In this document: positions 1-9,630 of the stretch, one piece after another
How the letters are laid out: each line of letters starts with the position of its first letter
Numbering within the stretch: the first letter of the stretch is position 1
Assembly: GCA_031262525.1 (NCBI GenBank)
Contig: JAISHM010000019.1
Span: 6,489-70,488, forward strand
Direction of reading: 5' to 3'
From: Rickettsiales bacterium
GTDB lineage: Bacteria > Pseudomonadota > Alphaproteobacteria > Rs-D84
Length of the DNA stretch: 64,000 bases
Position numbers and translations under genes: made by a program
Notes under the pieces: generated by a model
Seen by the model: the letters and a program-made list of their open reading frames with translations, nothing else
The model's database searches: none
Told to the model about the DNA's origin: nothing

Positions 1-303
1 GGAATGTTCCCTGGAACAATTATGGAAGTATCAAAGAAAGTCCGCCGTAATGAGACCGACGAAAAAATAGACCATATGACCGTAAAGCCCGTTTGTCTGA
101 TTTCTCATTTAATCAAATTATTTACACGCACGGGACAAACGGTGCTTGACCCATTTTTGGGCAGTGGTTCGCACGGCGTGGCGGCAGTGGAAGACAAGCG
201 CAATTTTATCGGCTTTGAGATTGAAAAGAAGTATTTTGATATCGCAAAAAAGCGCATTGAAAAAGCGGATTCCCCAGCGCACGATTTATTTTCTGCTATT
301 TAA
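1..303 (+). CDS. DNA methyltransferase (N4/N6, PF01555-like, beta-class), C-terminal fragment; 5' end lies outside the window
   Basis: Frame is open from nt 1. Has 'HMTVKPVCLISHLIKLFT' and the SAM-binding 'VLDPFLGSGSHGVAA' motif near the C-terminus, as in beta-class amino-methyltransferases. Confidence 0.75.
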   Translation, partial: GMFPGTIMEVSKKVRRNETDEKIDHMTVKPVCLISHLIKLFTRTGQTVLDPFLGSGSHGVAAVEDKRNFIGFEIEKKYFDIAKKRIEKADSPAHDLFSAI

Positions 304-721
304 TTCCAAGCAATTTTTTCAGGAACGCAAAAATGTCTTTGCGGGTTTTAGCGCCTGCATTTTGCAAGAATGTTTTAACAACACGAATTCCGTCGTTTGT
401 TTCGGCAACTTCAATAACGCGACCTGTTTTATCATAAATCCAGCGATTGCGGTCGGCACGATTGCAAATTTGACATTGCGGGATTATATTGCCAGCAACC
501 AATGGCTTTGACGGATTCATATGACCTTCTTGCAACTGAATCTTTACACCTTTGCGGAATAAATGGTCGTGTCCTTCCAGACTGCCACAAGTGGCGCAAC
601 GATTGCCATATTGCTTTTTTAATTCGTCAAAAGATGCGCTGGCAAATCCCGTGCGGCGGTCTTGCCGAAATGCAGGATATGGAGTATCAAGAGTTATCAG
701 TTTGTATGAGCCAGCAGGCAA
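296..721 (-). CDS. HNH (beta-beta-alpha-Me) nuclease, candidate type II restriction endonuclease partner of the adjacent methyltransferase
   Basis: Two CxxC pairs (CATCGS, CQICN) bracket 'EGHMNP...AGNIIP', an HNH-like arrangement. Convergent with the MTase, with an 8-nt 3' overlap. Only a TTG start is available and the frame stays open upstream without an ATG. Confidence 0.5.
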   Translation of the reverse strand: MPAGSYKLITLDTPYPAFRQDRRTGFASASFDELKKQYGNRCATCGSLEGHDHLFRKGVKIQLQEGHMNPSKPLVAGNIIPQCQICNRADRNRWIYDKTGRVIEVAETNDGIRVVKTFLQNAGAKTRKDIFAFLKKLLGIK

Positions 722-1257
722 TTTTAATTCATTATCGCTGCCAGAGATGCTATCTCCACGGGTGCCAGATGTTGTTTATGTAAAAAAGAAACATTGGACC
801 CGTCCGTTCTAAAAAAAGCAAAAAATAATTTTCTGGGTGTTCTGAGCAATCCAGAATCTTTGTTTTCAATTTTTTTAACAAATGTGTGTTGTGATAAACT
901 GGATACAAAGACAAAACAATGTAAGGATTACAATGAACGCGATTGTCCAAAACTGACGTATCATCGTGCCATATATGAAGGTTATAGTATGCCCGCTTGT
1001 TGTGCATACGTAAAAAAATATATTTATTCAAATAATTTTACAACACCAAAAATTGATTGGGATAATATTATAACAGAATCAGAAATGAAGCAACGTGGCG
1101 AAACTCTGATAGACCACATTATATCAAAAACAAACAAGTATTTTCATTATATAAAGAAAATAAAAAATAAAAATCACTAATTTTTAATCCTTTGTTTTTT
1201 TTAATTTGGCTTGATTTTTGGGCGCGGAAAATTTACAATATCGCAAAGGATTTAACA

Positions 1258-2256
1258 ATGAATACAGATAAAAAAATTATTCTGACGGGCATTAAACCGA
1301 CGGGGACTTTACACTTTGGTAATTATGTTGGTGCGTTAAAACCCCTGGTCCAAATGGCCAAAACACAAACAACTTTTATGTTTTTGGCTGATTTGCATGC
1401 ATTAAATTTTATGCGCGACCCTGCACAGATTAAACAACATACTTATGAAATTGCAGCGTTTTTAATGGCGGCGGGATTGAATTTACAAAATGCGGTTTTG
1501 TTCCGTCAATCCGATGTGGCGGCTGTATCGCAATTATCAACATTGTTGATGAATGTAACCCCAAAGGGTTTAATGAATCGCGCCCATTCGTATAAAGATA
1601 ATGTGGCAAAAAACATAGCAGCGAAAAATGACCCTGACGATGGTATAAATATGGGGCTTTATACTTATCCTGTTTTAATGGCGGCGGATATTTTAATTTA
1701 TAATTCTGACCTGGTGCCAGTCGGCAAAGACCAAAAACAACATGTGGAATTTGCGCGCGACATTGCGGGATATTTTAATAATATCTATGGCAATATATTA
1801 AAATTGCCCGAACCTGTGATTGGTGATGATACAGGGATTATCCCTGGTTTGGACGGACGCAAAATGTCTAAATCGTATAATAATATCATACCAATTATGG
1901 CAACAGAATCAGAATTGAAAAAGAAAATTATGCAAATTATAACTGATTCTAAATTACCAAATGAGTCCAAAAACCCCGATGAATCTACTATATTCTTGTT
2001 ATATAAACATTTTGCAACGGATTCGGAAATCGCTGATTTTCGTGAAAAATTCGTGGCTGGCGGATTTGGCTATGGCGAATTAAAGACAGAATTATTTGAA
2101 AAAATAAATTCATTTATCGCACCAATCAGAACCGAATACGAACGGCTGATGAATAATAAATCAGAGATTGACGCGATATTAAATGATGGCGCAAAACGCG
2201 CCAGCGCGGTCGCCGCGACAACATTATCGCGTGTGCAAAAAGCAATGCTGGATTAA
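1258..2256 (+). CDS. trpS: tryptophanyl-tRNA synthetase
   Basis: 'GIKPTGTLHFGNYVGA' (HIGH-type) and 'GRKMSKSYNN' (KMSKS). Start moved to the internal ATG at 1258 (MNTDKKIILTG). Confidence 0.93.
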   Translation: MNTDKKIILTGIKPTGTLHFGNYVGALKPLVQMAKTQTTFMFLADLHALNFMRDPAQIKQHTYEIAAFLMAAGLNLQNAVLFRQSDVAAVSQLSTLLMNVTPKGLMNRAHSYKDNVAKNIAAKNDPDDGINMGLYTYPVLMAADILIYNSDLVPVGKDQKQHVEFARDIAGYFNNIYGNILKLPEPVIGDDTGIIPGLDGRKMSKSYNNIIPIMATESELKKKIMQIITDSKLPNESKNPDESTIFLLYKHFATDSEIADFREKFVAGGFGYGELKTELFEKINSFIAPIRTEYERLMNNKSEIDAILNDGAKRASAVAATTLSRVQKAMLD

Positions 2257-2260
2257 AAAA

Positions 2261-3301
2261 ATGATTGCTGTATCTGTGATTGTCCCTGTGTATAATGTTG
2301 TGCCGTATTTGCGCCGCGGTCTGGATTCGCTGGTGAATCAAACCCTGGGCGATATTGAAATAATTTGTGTTGATGATAAATCAACCGATGGGTCGTTGGA
2401 AATTCTGCGCGAATACGCAAAAAAATATCCGAAAATAAAACTGGTTGAGTTTCCGGAAAATTGTGGTGTATCGGATGCGCGAAATGCAGGAATGGAAATT
2501 GCGACGGGTGAATATATCGGATTTATGGACCCAGATGATTTTGTTGAATATGATTTTTATGAAAAACTTTATAATGCGGCAAATGGTGCGGACCTGGTCA
2601 AAGGGAATATAATTGTTTTTAATAATCTAACGGGGCAGACGAAACAAACAAATAACAAAAAAATTCGTGAAAACATTTATCACTTTTATAGGGATTTTTA
2701 TACGGCTATTTATAAACAAAAATTTTTGACCGAATACAAAATAAGGTTTCCGTCCAAAGTTATTACTACCCAGGATTTGATATTTATAGCCAGTGTAACA
2801 ACGCGCGCAAAGACAATAAATTTTGCCGATGATGCGATATATCATTATATGCAATATAATCCAGGTTCTTTGGATGGTGAATTTGTAACATTACAAAAAG
2901 CGAAAAGTTGCTTGGACTCTTTTAATCGGTTATTGGTTATTATGGACGATAATAATTTATCTGGGGATAATAAAAAAATATATCTGGATAACTTAATGTG
3001 GCTGATAAAATCACATATTGTTTATAAAAAATTCGCAGACAATAATGATATTAAAAAGTTTTTTGATTTGTTTGTAAAAATATATGATACAAAAATTGCA
3101 AATGATTCACGTATTGTGAATTATTTCTCCAAACATTGGGAATGTCCGGTTTCATGGGCACGAAATTATAATTATGAACAATTTATTGCGATTTATAAGT
3201 CGGAAAAACTGATTGGAAATATATTGTTAAAATTCAGATATTATGATGGTACCCGCCAGATAAAATTGTTTGGAAAAACAATTTATGAGTATAAGAAATA
3301 G
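2261..3301 (+). CDS. glycosyltransferase family 2
   Basis: 'VSVIVPVYNVVPYLRRGLDSLVNQT', 'DDKSTDGS' and 'DPDD'. Start set at ATG 2261, 2 nt after the trpS stop. Confidence 0.8.
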   Translation: MIAVSVIVPVYNVVPYLRRGLDSLVNQTLGDIEIICVDDKSTDGSLEILREYAKKYPKIKLVEFPENCGVSDARNAGMEIATGEYIGFMDPDDFVEYDFYEKLYNAANGADLVKGNIIVFNNLTGQTKQTNNKKIRENIYHFYRDFYTAIYKQKFLTEYKIRFPSKVITTQDLIFIASVTTRAKTINFADDAIYHYMQYNPGSLDGEFVTLQKAKSCLDSFNRLLVIMDDNNLSGDNKKIYLDNLMWLIKSHIVYKKFADNNDIKKFFDLFVKIYDTKIANDSRIVNYFSKHWECPVSWARNYNYEQFIAIYKSEKLIGNILLKFRYYDGTRQIKLFGKTIYEYKK

Positions 3302-3308
3302 TTAAAAT

Positions 3309-3566
3309 TTATCTGTTTTTGTAATTTTTACAATGATTTGGGTTGCAATATAAATTTTTGGGTATCAGAGCAATTTTATGTTCGCCTGATTCATAAATTT
3401 CTCTTTTTTGTGGGGTATAAGTCAAAAGCCCCATTGTATATCCATTGTTATACGGATTATGACAGGCGTGACGTGTATATCCCGCATACCAAAACATCAA
3501 ACGATAACAGCACCCCAATACAACATTTGGGCGAAAGTGTTTGCAATTTTGACAATATTGGCTCAT
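3309..3566 (-). CDS. small Cys-rich hypothetical protein (85 aa)
   Basis: ORF-track ORF trimmed to MSQYCQNCKHF. Putative TTGACA-17-CAAAAT promoter at 3595-3623. No recognisable family. Confidence 0.3.
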   Translation of the reverse strand: MSQYCQNCKHFRPNVVLGCCYRLMFWYAGYTRHACHNPYNNGYTMGLLTYTPQKREIYESGEHKIALIPKNLYCNPNHCKNYKNR

Positions 3567-3594
3567 AAATTTTCTCTTTTGATTGTTTAATAGT

Positions 3595-3623
3595 ATTTTG
3601 ATATAAATATATAATTTTGTCAA
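3595..3623 (-). promoter_or_regulatory. sigma70-like promoter (TTGACA-17 nt-CAAAAT) for the small Cys-rich ORF
   Basis: Read on the minus strand: -35 at 3618-3623 and -10 at 3595-3600. Confidence 0.35.
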
Positions 3624-3685
3624 TTATTAAAAAAGGTATAAAAATATGTGGTTGTTTTGTGATTACCCTGTGTATTTTTTATGAT

Positions 3686-5152
3686 TTAGAATGAGTATTT
3701 TAACCCCAAACGCAATGCAAATGATTGCCACATTGCATGCTTTAATGAATCCGCAACATTCACGGTTTCTGCGGGGACATCTACCAAAGCGGGGGTGCAG
3801 GTGCCACTGCTGCCTGGGGTACAGATTGCGCCATTTCCGCCCTCGCGCCAGATGACGCTTTTCCCGTCGTCGGCGTATTCATAATCGGTATAACCCGCCA
3901 GATATAATTTTCCGCCAATTTTACCGACATAAAAATAATTCATATCTGCGCGCAATGATAAAGCCAAGCGGTCTGACATTTGATAATTATATTCAATTTC
4001 CCCCTGATACGAATATGCGCCAGTGCTGCCCTCGTCGATGAAACTGGGACCTTGTTGCCAATCTGTGCGGTTGGGCCAGATACCTTCGGACGAATAGTTC
4101 GGCATTCCGAATTGCGCATAAAAACGCAGACTATCTTTATAGGTCATTTGTTTTGCAACCTCTAATCCTATAAATGCCCCACTCCAAGTCGTGTTATAAA
4201 TGTGTGTTGTTCCCTCTATTACAATAGGTCCGTCACCGCCAACGATAACGCATTGCCCCGGCAATACACCCCACGGCTGATAAGGGTTCAATGGGTCTTG
4301 TTGGTATGCACCCGTGGTCAAAGAACCCGAATTTACAACGCCGATTGCAATATCTTCGGGACTTAAACATACTTGGAAATATCCATTTTCTGCGTATTCG
4401 TCGCGCTGACCCGGTGCCACAGCGACATAAGTCCCGTCTTCCTTGCCGAAAACATAATCGCCATTTTGGGTCAGCAGTGGCAGATAAATTCCAGGATTTG
4501 GGTAATAATGATTGCTCATCTCCAAATCGTGTTTGAAAATTTCATATCCGATGCTGGGGGATAATTTCCAGCCCCCAATATCCCAGATATTTTTTGCGCC
4601 AAACGCAAATTTTATATTATTTGTTTTGCCACTTTGGTCGCCAACAGAAATTGTAAAAATACCAACATCTTTTTGCGAATGGTCATAAGGTTCCAGGTCG
4701 TAATCTATGGAAAAACCACCCGAACCCATTGTCCCAGCGCGATATTCACCATACGCAAATAAATCAAAATTTTTTAATGCAAAGTTAGAATCAAAACGGA
4801 CCCCAACCTCGTTAAAAATCATATCGTCCCATTTCAGAACGGAATTGACACCGGTCTTAAACTCAAAATTAGCAAACCGCCGTGAATAATCCGCAGATAA
4901 AACAAAAGGCGGATTAGTGCCAGTTGCAATACCATTTGCAGTTGTCGCAGTCGCAATGTCAGAGGGCAATGTTTGACGCGGAACTTGGTATGAATAAGTA
5001 TTTTGTCCGACAACCTGAACAGGTCGCTGCGAACCGACATAGGTTGGTGTTTGGTTGTAATAATTCGGCACACCTTCGCTTGATGTGGCGTGCGCAAAAC
5101 CCGCGCAAAATAACGCGGATACAGATAAAATAAATGATAACCTACTTCTCAT
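3686..5152 (-). CDS. outer-membrane beta-barrel protein (porin-like), unknown family
   Basis: Signal peptide MRSRLSFILSVSALFCAGFAHA. Alternating aromatic/Gly-rich strands and a C-terminal '...LRLGLKYSF' ending in Phe. Confidence 0.65.
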   Translation of the reverse strand: MRSRLSFILSVSALFCAGFAHATSSEGVPNYYNQTPTYVGSQRPVQVVGQNTYSYQVPRQTLPSDIATATTANGIATGTNPPFVLSADYSRRFANFEFKTGVNSVLKWDDMIFNEVGVRFDSNFALKNFDLFAYGEYRAGTMGSGGFSIDYDLEPYDHSQKDVGIFTISVGDQSGKTNNIKFAFGAKNIWDIGGWKLSPSIGYEIFKHDLEMSNHYYPNPGIYLPLLTQNGDYVFGKEDGTYVAVAPGQRDEYAENGYFQVCLSPEDIAIGVVNSGSLTTGAYQQDPLNPYQPWGVLPGQCVIVGGDGPIVIEGTTHIYNTTWSGAFIGLEVAKQMTYKDSLRFYAQFGMPNYSSEGIWPNRTDWQQGPSFIDEGSTGAYSYQGEIEYNYQMSDRLALSLRADMNYFYVGKIGGKLYLAGYTDYEYADDGKSVIWREGGNGAICTPGSSGTCTPALVDVPAETVNVADSLKHAMWQSFALRLGLKYSF

Positions 5153-5205
5153 TACCCGACAATTATATCACAAAATAGTGCCAGTAAAAAGAAAAAATAT
5201 TCTGC

Positions 5206-5233
5206 TTGCAAATTCTGTATTTTTGTATAAAAT
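5206..5233 (+). promoter_or_regulatory. possible promoter for rpmF-plsX (TTGCAA-16 nt-TAAAAT)
   Basis: -35 at 5206-5211 and -10 at 5228-5233, about 30 nt upstream of the rpmF ATG. Confidence 0.35.
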
Positions 5234-5262
5234 ATGGCGTTGAATTATAAAAGGATTATGAA

Positions 5263-5412
5263 ATGGCAGTTCCAAAAAAGAAAACCAGTGCATCTCGTTC
5301 AAAACAACGGCGCGCACACGACGCATTGCCGGTTATGCCGACATCTGTTTGCAAAAAGTGTGGCGAAAAGAAACGCCCACACCATGTTTGTGCGGCATGT
5401 GGCGCAAAATAA
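5263..5412 (+). CDS. rpmF: 50S ribosomal protein L32
   Basis: Hand translation gives [49 protein letters not shown]. It is below the ORF-track size cut-off and lies in a different frame from the N-terminal extension of ORF 5234-6493. Confidence 0.9.
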   Translation: MAVPKKKTSASRSKQRRAHDALPVMPTSVCKKCGEKKRPHHVCAACGAK

Positions 5413-5419
5413 TTGGGTA

Positions 5420-6493
5420 ATGACAGACACAAAAAAAATCATTGCAATTGACGCGTTTGGGGGCGATAGTGCCCCCCGCTCTGTTTTGGGTGGAATGAAT
5501 CAGTTTTTGTTTCAAAATGGTGAAAATAAAACTTTTTTTCGTGTTTTTGGCGATGAAAAAAAATTGCGTCCGATGATGAAAAAGTATCCGCGTGTGGCGC
5601 GAAATTGTGAAATTATTCACGCCCCTGGGGTGATAAAGGGAACGGATAAAATCGCCAGTGTTATTCGCACCGCATCTGATACCAGTATGTATATGGCGAT
5701 ACGGGATGTTCGCGCGGGAAATTCTGTTGCGGTTATATCGGGTGGAAATACGGGCGTTTTGATGGCTTTATCAAAACTGGCGCTGAAAACAATTGTTGGG
5801 ATTTCGCGTCCTGCGATAACGACAATGGTCCCCAGTGGTGGTGGCGATGGGCGCACTGTTATTCTGGATTTGGGGGCGAATATCCAAACGGATGCGGAAA
5901 ATTTATTTGACTTTGCATTGATGGGGGCGGTGTATGCTGAAACGATTGGGAAAATGTCGCGGCCGAAACTGGGGGTATTGAATATTGGTGAAGAAGAAAC
6001 CAAAGGCAACAAAACCCTGCAAAAACTGAATCGTGTGCTGAATGAAAATCGGGATAAATTGCCGTATGAATATATCGGTTTTGTAGAGGCAACTGACATC
6101 AGCGCCGGTGTGGTCCAGGTGGTGGTAACAGATGGCTGGACGGGTAATGTTGTTCTGAAAACGATTGAGGGGACTGCGAAACTGATTAAAAGGGTTTTGA
6201 TGGATACATTGAAAAAATCGTGGATTGTAATTGCTTTGTCGTTTTTACTGGTTCATGTTTTCAAGCGGTTAAAAAATAAAATGGACCCACGTTCTTATGC
6301 TGGGGCTGTGTTTTTGGGGTTGAATGGTTTTGCGGTAAAAACGCATGGAAATTCGGATGCGCTGGCTTTTGCGAACGCGATTAAATACGCGACTGATTTG
6401 GCGGATGCGGATTTTAACGAACAAATTAGGGTGGGGGCATCTGCGCTGGAAAATATAAAATCGGAATTAAAGGAACATCCAACGGGGGAATAA
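5420..6493 (+). CDS. plsX: phosphate acyltransferase PlsX
   Basis: 'KIIAIDAFGGDSAP' and 'GLNGFAVKTHGNSD'. Start set at ATG 5420, just after the rpmF stop. Confidence 0.9.
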   Translation: MTDTKKIIAIDAFGGDSAPRSVLGGMNQFLFQNGENKTFFRVFGDEKKLRPMMKKYPRVARNCEIIHAPGVIKGTDKIASVIRTASDTSMYMAIRDVRAGNSVAVISGGNTGVLMALSKLALKTIVGISRPAITTMVPSGGGDGRTVILDLGANIQTDAENLFDFALMGAVYAETIGKMSRPKLGVLNIGEEETKGNKTLQKLNRVLNENRDKLPYEYIGFVEATDISAGVVQVVVTDGWTGNVVLKTIEGTAKLIKRVLMDTLKKSWIVIALSFLLVHVFKRLKNKMDPRSYAGAVFLGLNGFAVKTHGNSDALAFANAIKYATDLADADFNEQIRVGASALENIKSELKEHPTGE

Positions 6494-6494
6494 A

Positions 6495-6767
6495 ATGGCG
6501 ACGATTACACGACGGGATATTGCGAAAAATATCAGTGAAAAAATGGGGCTGGGGGCCAGTGCGTCATACCAATTGGTTGATACTATATTTTCAGAAATTG
6601 CGGAATCTTTGACGCGTGGCGAAGAAGTTAAAATTGCAAAAATCGGAACTTTTCGGATATTGGATAAGAATGCACGAATGGGTCGTAACCCGAAAACGGG
6701 TATGCCGGCGGTTATCAGTGCGCGCCGAATTGCTGCGTTCAAGCCTTCATCATATATGAAAAAATAA
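6495..6767 (+). CDS. ihfA: integration host factor alpha subunit (HU/IHF family)
   Basis: 'FRILDKNARMGRNPKTGMPAVISARRIAAFKP' closely parallels E. coli IHF-alpha '[28 protein letters not shown]'. Confidence 0.75.
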   Translation: MATITRRDIAKNISEKMGLGASASYQLVDTIFSEIAESLTRGEEVKIAKIGTFRILDKNARMGRNPKTGMPAVISARRIAAFKPSSYMKK

Positions 6768-6809
6768 CAGATGGTGGCGCGGGTGTCACTTTTATGTTAT
6801 AATGTTTTT

Positions 6810-7796
6810 ATGAAAAAAATATCTGTTTTAATTGTTGGTTTTTTGTGTTTGATGTCGTCTGCCACGCGCGCGGAAACGGGTGCATTTGATTTTGACCGAT
6901 GGAATACAATGTTGAATAATATCCAAAATCGCGCGGTCGCTGAAAAGATAGATGATGGCGTTATAAACGCAACGATTCAGGACGCGGCGTTTATCCCAAA
7001 AATTGTTTGGCGTGATAAAAATCAGGCGGAATTCAAGATGACGATGGACGGATATTTGGCGCGAATGATAAACGATAAACGGATTGGTGATGGTAAAAAA
7101 ATGCGTAAAACTTATCCGACTTTGTTGAATAAAGTTTATGAAAAATATGGTGTTCCTCCGAATGTGATTTTGGCGTTTTGGGGAATGGAATCAAATTATG
7201 GAAAATATAAATCTCATTATCAGTTGTCGGACGCTTTTTTAACCTTGATTTACGAGGGGCGACGCGAAACTTTTTTTACGGACCAGTTGCTGGCGCTGAT
7301 GAGAATTGCGGATAAAAATAATCTGGCGGTGGATGAAATTCGTGGGTCGTGGGCGGGTGCGATGGGACATTTTCAGTTTATACCAACGACGCTGTTGGCT
7401 TATGGTGCGGACGGAAATGGGGATAAAAAAATAGATATAATTCATAACATTTCTGATGCGATGTTTTCTGCTGGGAATTACCTGAATAAATTAGGGTGGA
7501 ATAAAAATGAAAAAATTTTGCGACGTGTTGAGTTGCCAGAAAATTTTGATACCGCGCTATGTGACGGGAAAACAAAAATGCCATTAAATGATTGGGGTGC
7601 AATGGGTATTGTGGGTGTTCCAAATGCTGATATTATTGCTGGAATAGTGTGTGATACATCTGTCATCCCCCAGACCTCAGCCCCCTGCCACCAGACCGCA
7701 TATTTAACATATCCGAATTTTTATCGTATAAAAAGGTGGAATAATTCTAATTGGTATGCGGTTGCGATTGGGGTGTTGGCGGACGAATTAAAATAA
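6810..7796 (+). CDS. lytic murein transglycosylase (MltB/SLT_2 family)
   Basis: Signal peptide, then 'ILAFWGMESNYG', 'GSWAGAMGHFQFIPTT' and 'SAGNYLNKLGW'. Confidence 0.85.
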   Translation: MKKISVLIVGFLCLMSSATRAETGAFDFDRWNTMLNNIQNRAVAEKIDDGVINATIQDAAFIPKIVWRDKNQAEFKMTMDGYLARMINDKRIGDGKKMRKTYPTLLNKVYEKYGVPPNVILAFWGMESNYGKYKSHYQLSDAFLTLIYEGRRETFFTDQLLALMRIADKNNLAVDEIRGSWAGAMGHFQFIPTTLLAYGADGNGDKKIDIIHNISDAMFSAGNYLNKLGWNKNEKILRRVELPENFDTALCDGKTKMPLNDWGAMGIVGVPNADIIAGIVCDTSVIPQTSAPCHQTAYLTYPNFYRIKRWNNSNWYAVAIGVLADELK

Positions 7797-7824
7797 TTGC
7801 ATATATGCGTATTTATATTATAAT
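7797..7824 (+). promoter_or_regulatory. sigma70-like promoter (TTGCAT-16 nt-TATAAT) upstream of olsB
   Basis: -35 at 7797-7802 and -10 at 7819-7824. An AAAGGAG Shine-Dalgarno precedes ATG 7849. Confidence 0.5.
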
Positions 7825-7848
7825 ACAAGGGTAAAAAGGAGTATAAAA

Positions 7849-8793
7849 ATGGCAATCAAAGTGCGCGATTTCGAAGTGCGCCTGACCAGGAATAAAGAAG
7901 AACGCAGACAGGTGCGCGCATTGCGCTATACAGTGTTCGTAGAGGAAGAGGGCGCGTCAGCGACCGAAGAACAAAAAAATCTGCGCGAAGAATATGATTC
8001 TTATGACCGCTTTGCGGAATATATGGGTGTTTTTCATAATGGAAAAATTGTCGGGACTTATCGTATTATTGACCGGGAAGCTGCCGAAAAAATGGATGGA
8101 TTTTATACTGAAACGGAATATGACCTGAAAAAGATAAAGAAAGTTCGTGGGAATATCGCGGAAATGTCGCGTGCGTGTGTTGCGCCAGAATATCGTGATA
8201 ATGGTCTGGTTATGCGAATGCTGTGGATGGGTTTGGCGGATTATTTGTTAAAGAGAAAAGTTGTGTTGATGTTTGGTGTTGCGTCCTTTGTTGGGACACA
8301 TCCCGCCCAATTTGCTCAGGTTATTTCATATCTGTATTATAATCATTTGTCGCCGTTGTCCATACGCGCGCGGGTGGAAAGCGACAAAATGGATGAATCT
8401 GTGGACAGGGGGCTGACCCGTATGCGAATTTTGCCACAAAACTTTGTTGTAGAATCCATGGCGCGGGCGGAAATGACGCCACTGATAAAGGGGTATTTGC
8501 GATTGGGTGCGACATTCGGATTGGGTGTCTTTATTGACAAGCCGTTTAATAGTTGTGATGTGTTTGTTGTTCTGCAAAGTAAAAATATCAGCAAGGCATA
8601 TCAAAAACACTTTACAGGAAATGAAAACGCATTTGACCACTTATCGGCGGGTGATGGTGCGATGAAGAAATTAGGTCGTGTAATGCTGTCGCCTTTTACG
8701 GGCAGTGTGGCACTTTTCAAAGCGGCGGCGCAATTCTTTTTGCGTGATGACGCGGACGATGCAGAATTGGCGGACGACGAGACAAAGGAATAA
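7849..8793 (+). CDS. olsB: ornithine-lipid N-acyltransferase OlsB-like (GNAT-fold, hemolysin-like)
   Basis: N-terminal 'EERRQVRALRYTVFVEEEGA...EYDSYD' and 'AEMSRACVAPEYR'. Followed directly by a PlsC-family gene, which is the olsB-olsA arrangement. Confidence 0.65.
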   Translation: MAIKVRDFEVRLTRNKEERRQVRALRYTVFVEEEGASATEEQKNLREEYDSYDRFAEYMGVFHNGKIVGTYRIIDREAAEKMDGFYTETEYDLKKIKKVRGNIAEMSRACVAPEYRDNGLVMRMLWMGLADYLLKRKVVLMFGVASFVGTHPAQFAQVISYLYYNHLSPLSIRARVESDKMDESVDRGLTRMRILPQNFVVESMARAEMTPLIKGYLRLGATFGLGVFIDKPFNSCDVFVVLQSKNISKAYQKHFTGNENAFDHLSAGDGAMKKLGRVMLSPFTGSVALFKAAAQFFLRDDADDAELADDETKE

Positions 8794-8796
8794 AAA

Positions 8797-9627
8797 ATGG
8801 AAATACTGAAAACGATTTCTGGGGCGGCGCGATTTATTGCTTTTTGGGTTGCTGTGATTGTTCAACTGCCAATAATTGTTTTAATCCCAACGGGCAAATT
8901 GTCGGTTGGCTATGCACGAATTTTTTGGAAAATTTTAATGAAAATTACGGGTGTAAAGACAAAAGTATCAGGCGAAAAATTGTCCAATGCGCGTCCGCTG
9001 ATGTTGGTGTCAAATCATATTTCGGTATTTGAATTTCCAGTTTTCCAGATTGTATTCGGAACCGGATATTTTGGTAAGGCTGAAATTGCAAAAATGCCAC
9101 TGGTCGGATACATTGCCAGAAAAATAGGTGTTGTGTTTATTGACCGAAATCCGCGCACGGCTGTCCAAACAACGGAAAAAATAAATAAAGTGATGGCGTG
9201 TGTATCGTATCCGATGACTATCTTTCCAGAGGGAACAACGAATAATGGGAACTTTATTTACCCGTTCAAGACGGCAATGTTTGATGTTGTTGATAAAGTG
9301 CGGGGCATAACAATTCAACCAGTCGTTATGATTTATCGTGATAAAAATGGAAAAAAACTGGGCGAACAAGAAATCGCGGACGATTATTCATATCCAGATA
9401 ATAAAAAAATTGAAAAATATAATACGGATTTCGGAAAAAAAGAAAGATTGGTAAAGAAGGAGCGCAGCGCATTCGGTCAAGTGTTTCACATTATGAAAAT
9501 GGGCGGAATGATTGTTGAATTAAAAGTCCTGAAACCTTTCAAATATCAGGGTATGGACCGCAAAGAAATCGCCAGCGCCCTGCATGGTATAATAAACGAC
9601 GAATTTATGAAATTAAAGGATAAGTAA
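8797..9627 (+). CDS. olsA: lysophospholipid/lyso-ornithine-lipid O-acyltransferase (PlsC family)
   Basis: 'VSNHISVFEF' (HX4-acidic box) and 'IFPEGTTNNG'. N-terminal TM segment. Confidence 0.6.
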   Translation: MEILKTISGAARFIAFWVAVIVQLPIIVLIPTGKLSVGYARIFWKILMKITGVKTKVSGEKLSNARPLMLVSNHISVFEFPVFQIVFGTGYFGKAEIAKMPLVGYIARKIGVVFIDRNPRTAVQTTEKINKVMACVSYPMTIFPEGTTNNGNFIYPFKTAMFDVVDKVRGITIQPVVMIYRDKNGKKLGEQEIADDYSYPDNKKIEKYNTDFGKKERLVKKERSAFGQVFHIMKMGGMIVELKVLKPFKYQGMDRKEIASALHGIINDEFMKLKDK

Positions 9628-9630
9628 AAA

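Noticed and set aside
750-1180. Two mutually overlapping ORFs (750-1031 on the minus strand, 794-1180 on the plus strand) in the AT-rich spacer before trpS
   Set aside because: There are no motifs and no Shine-Dalgarno sequences. Both are stop-poor simply because of AT-rich, low-complexity sequence, and they exclude each other. They may be debris of the restriction-modification locus, but I cannot support a gene call.
5234-5419. N-terminal 62 residues of track ORF 5234-6493
   Set aside because: This is an artefactual upstream extension of plsX. The same DNA encodes L32 (rpmF) in another frame, and the PlsX homology only begins at MTDTKKIIAIDAFGGD (ATG 5420).
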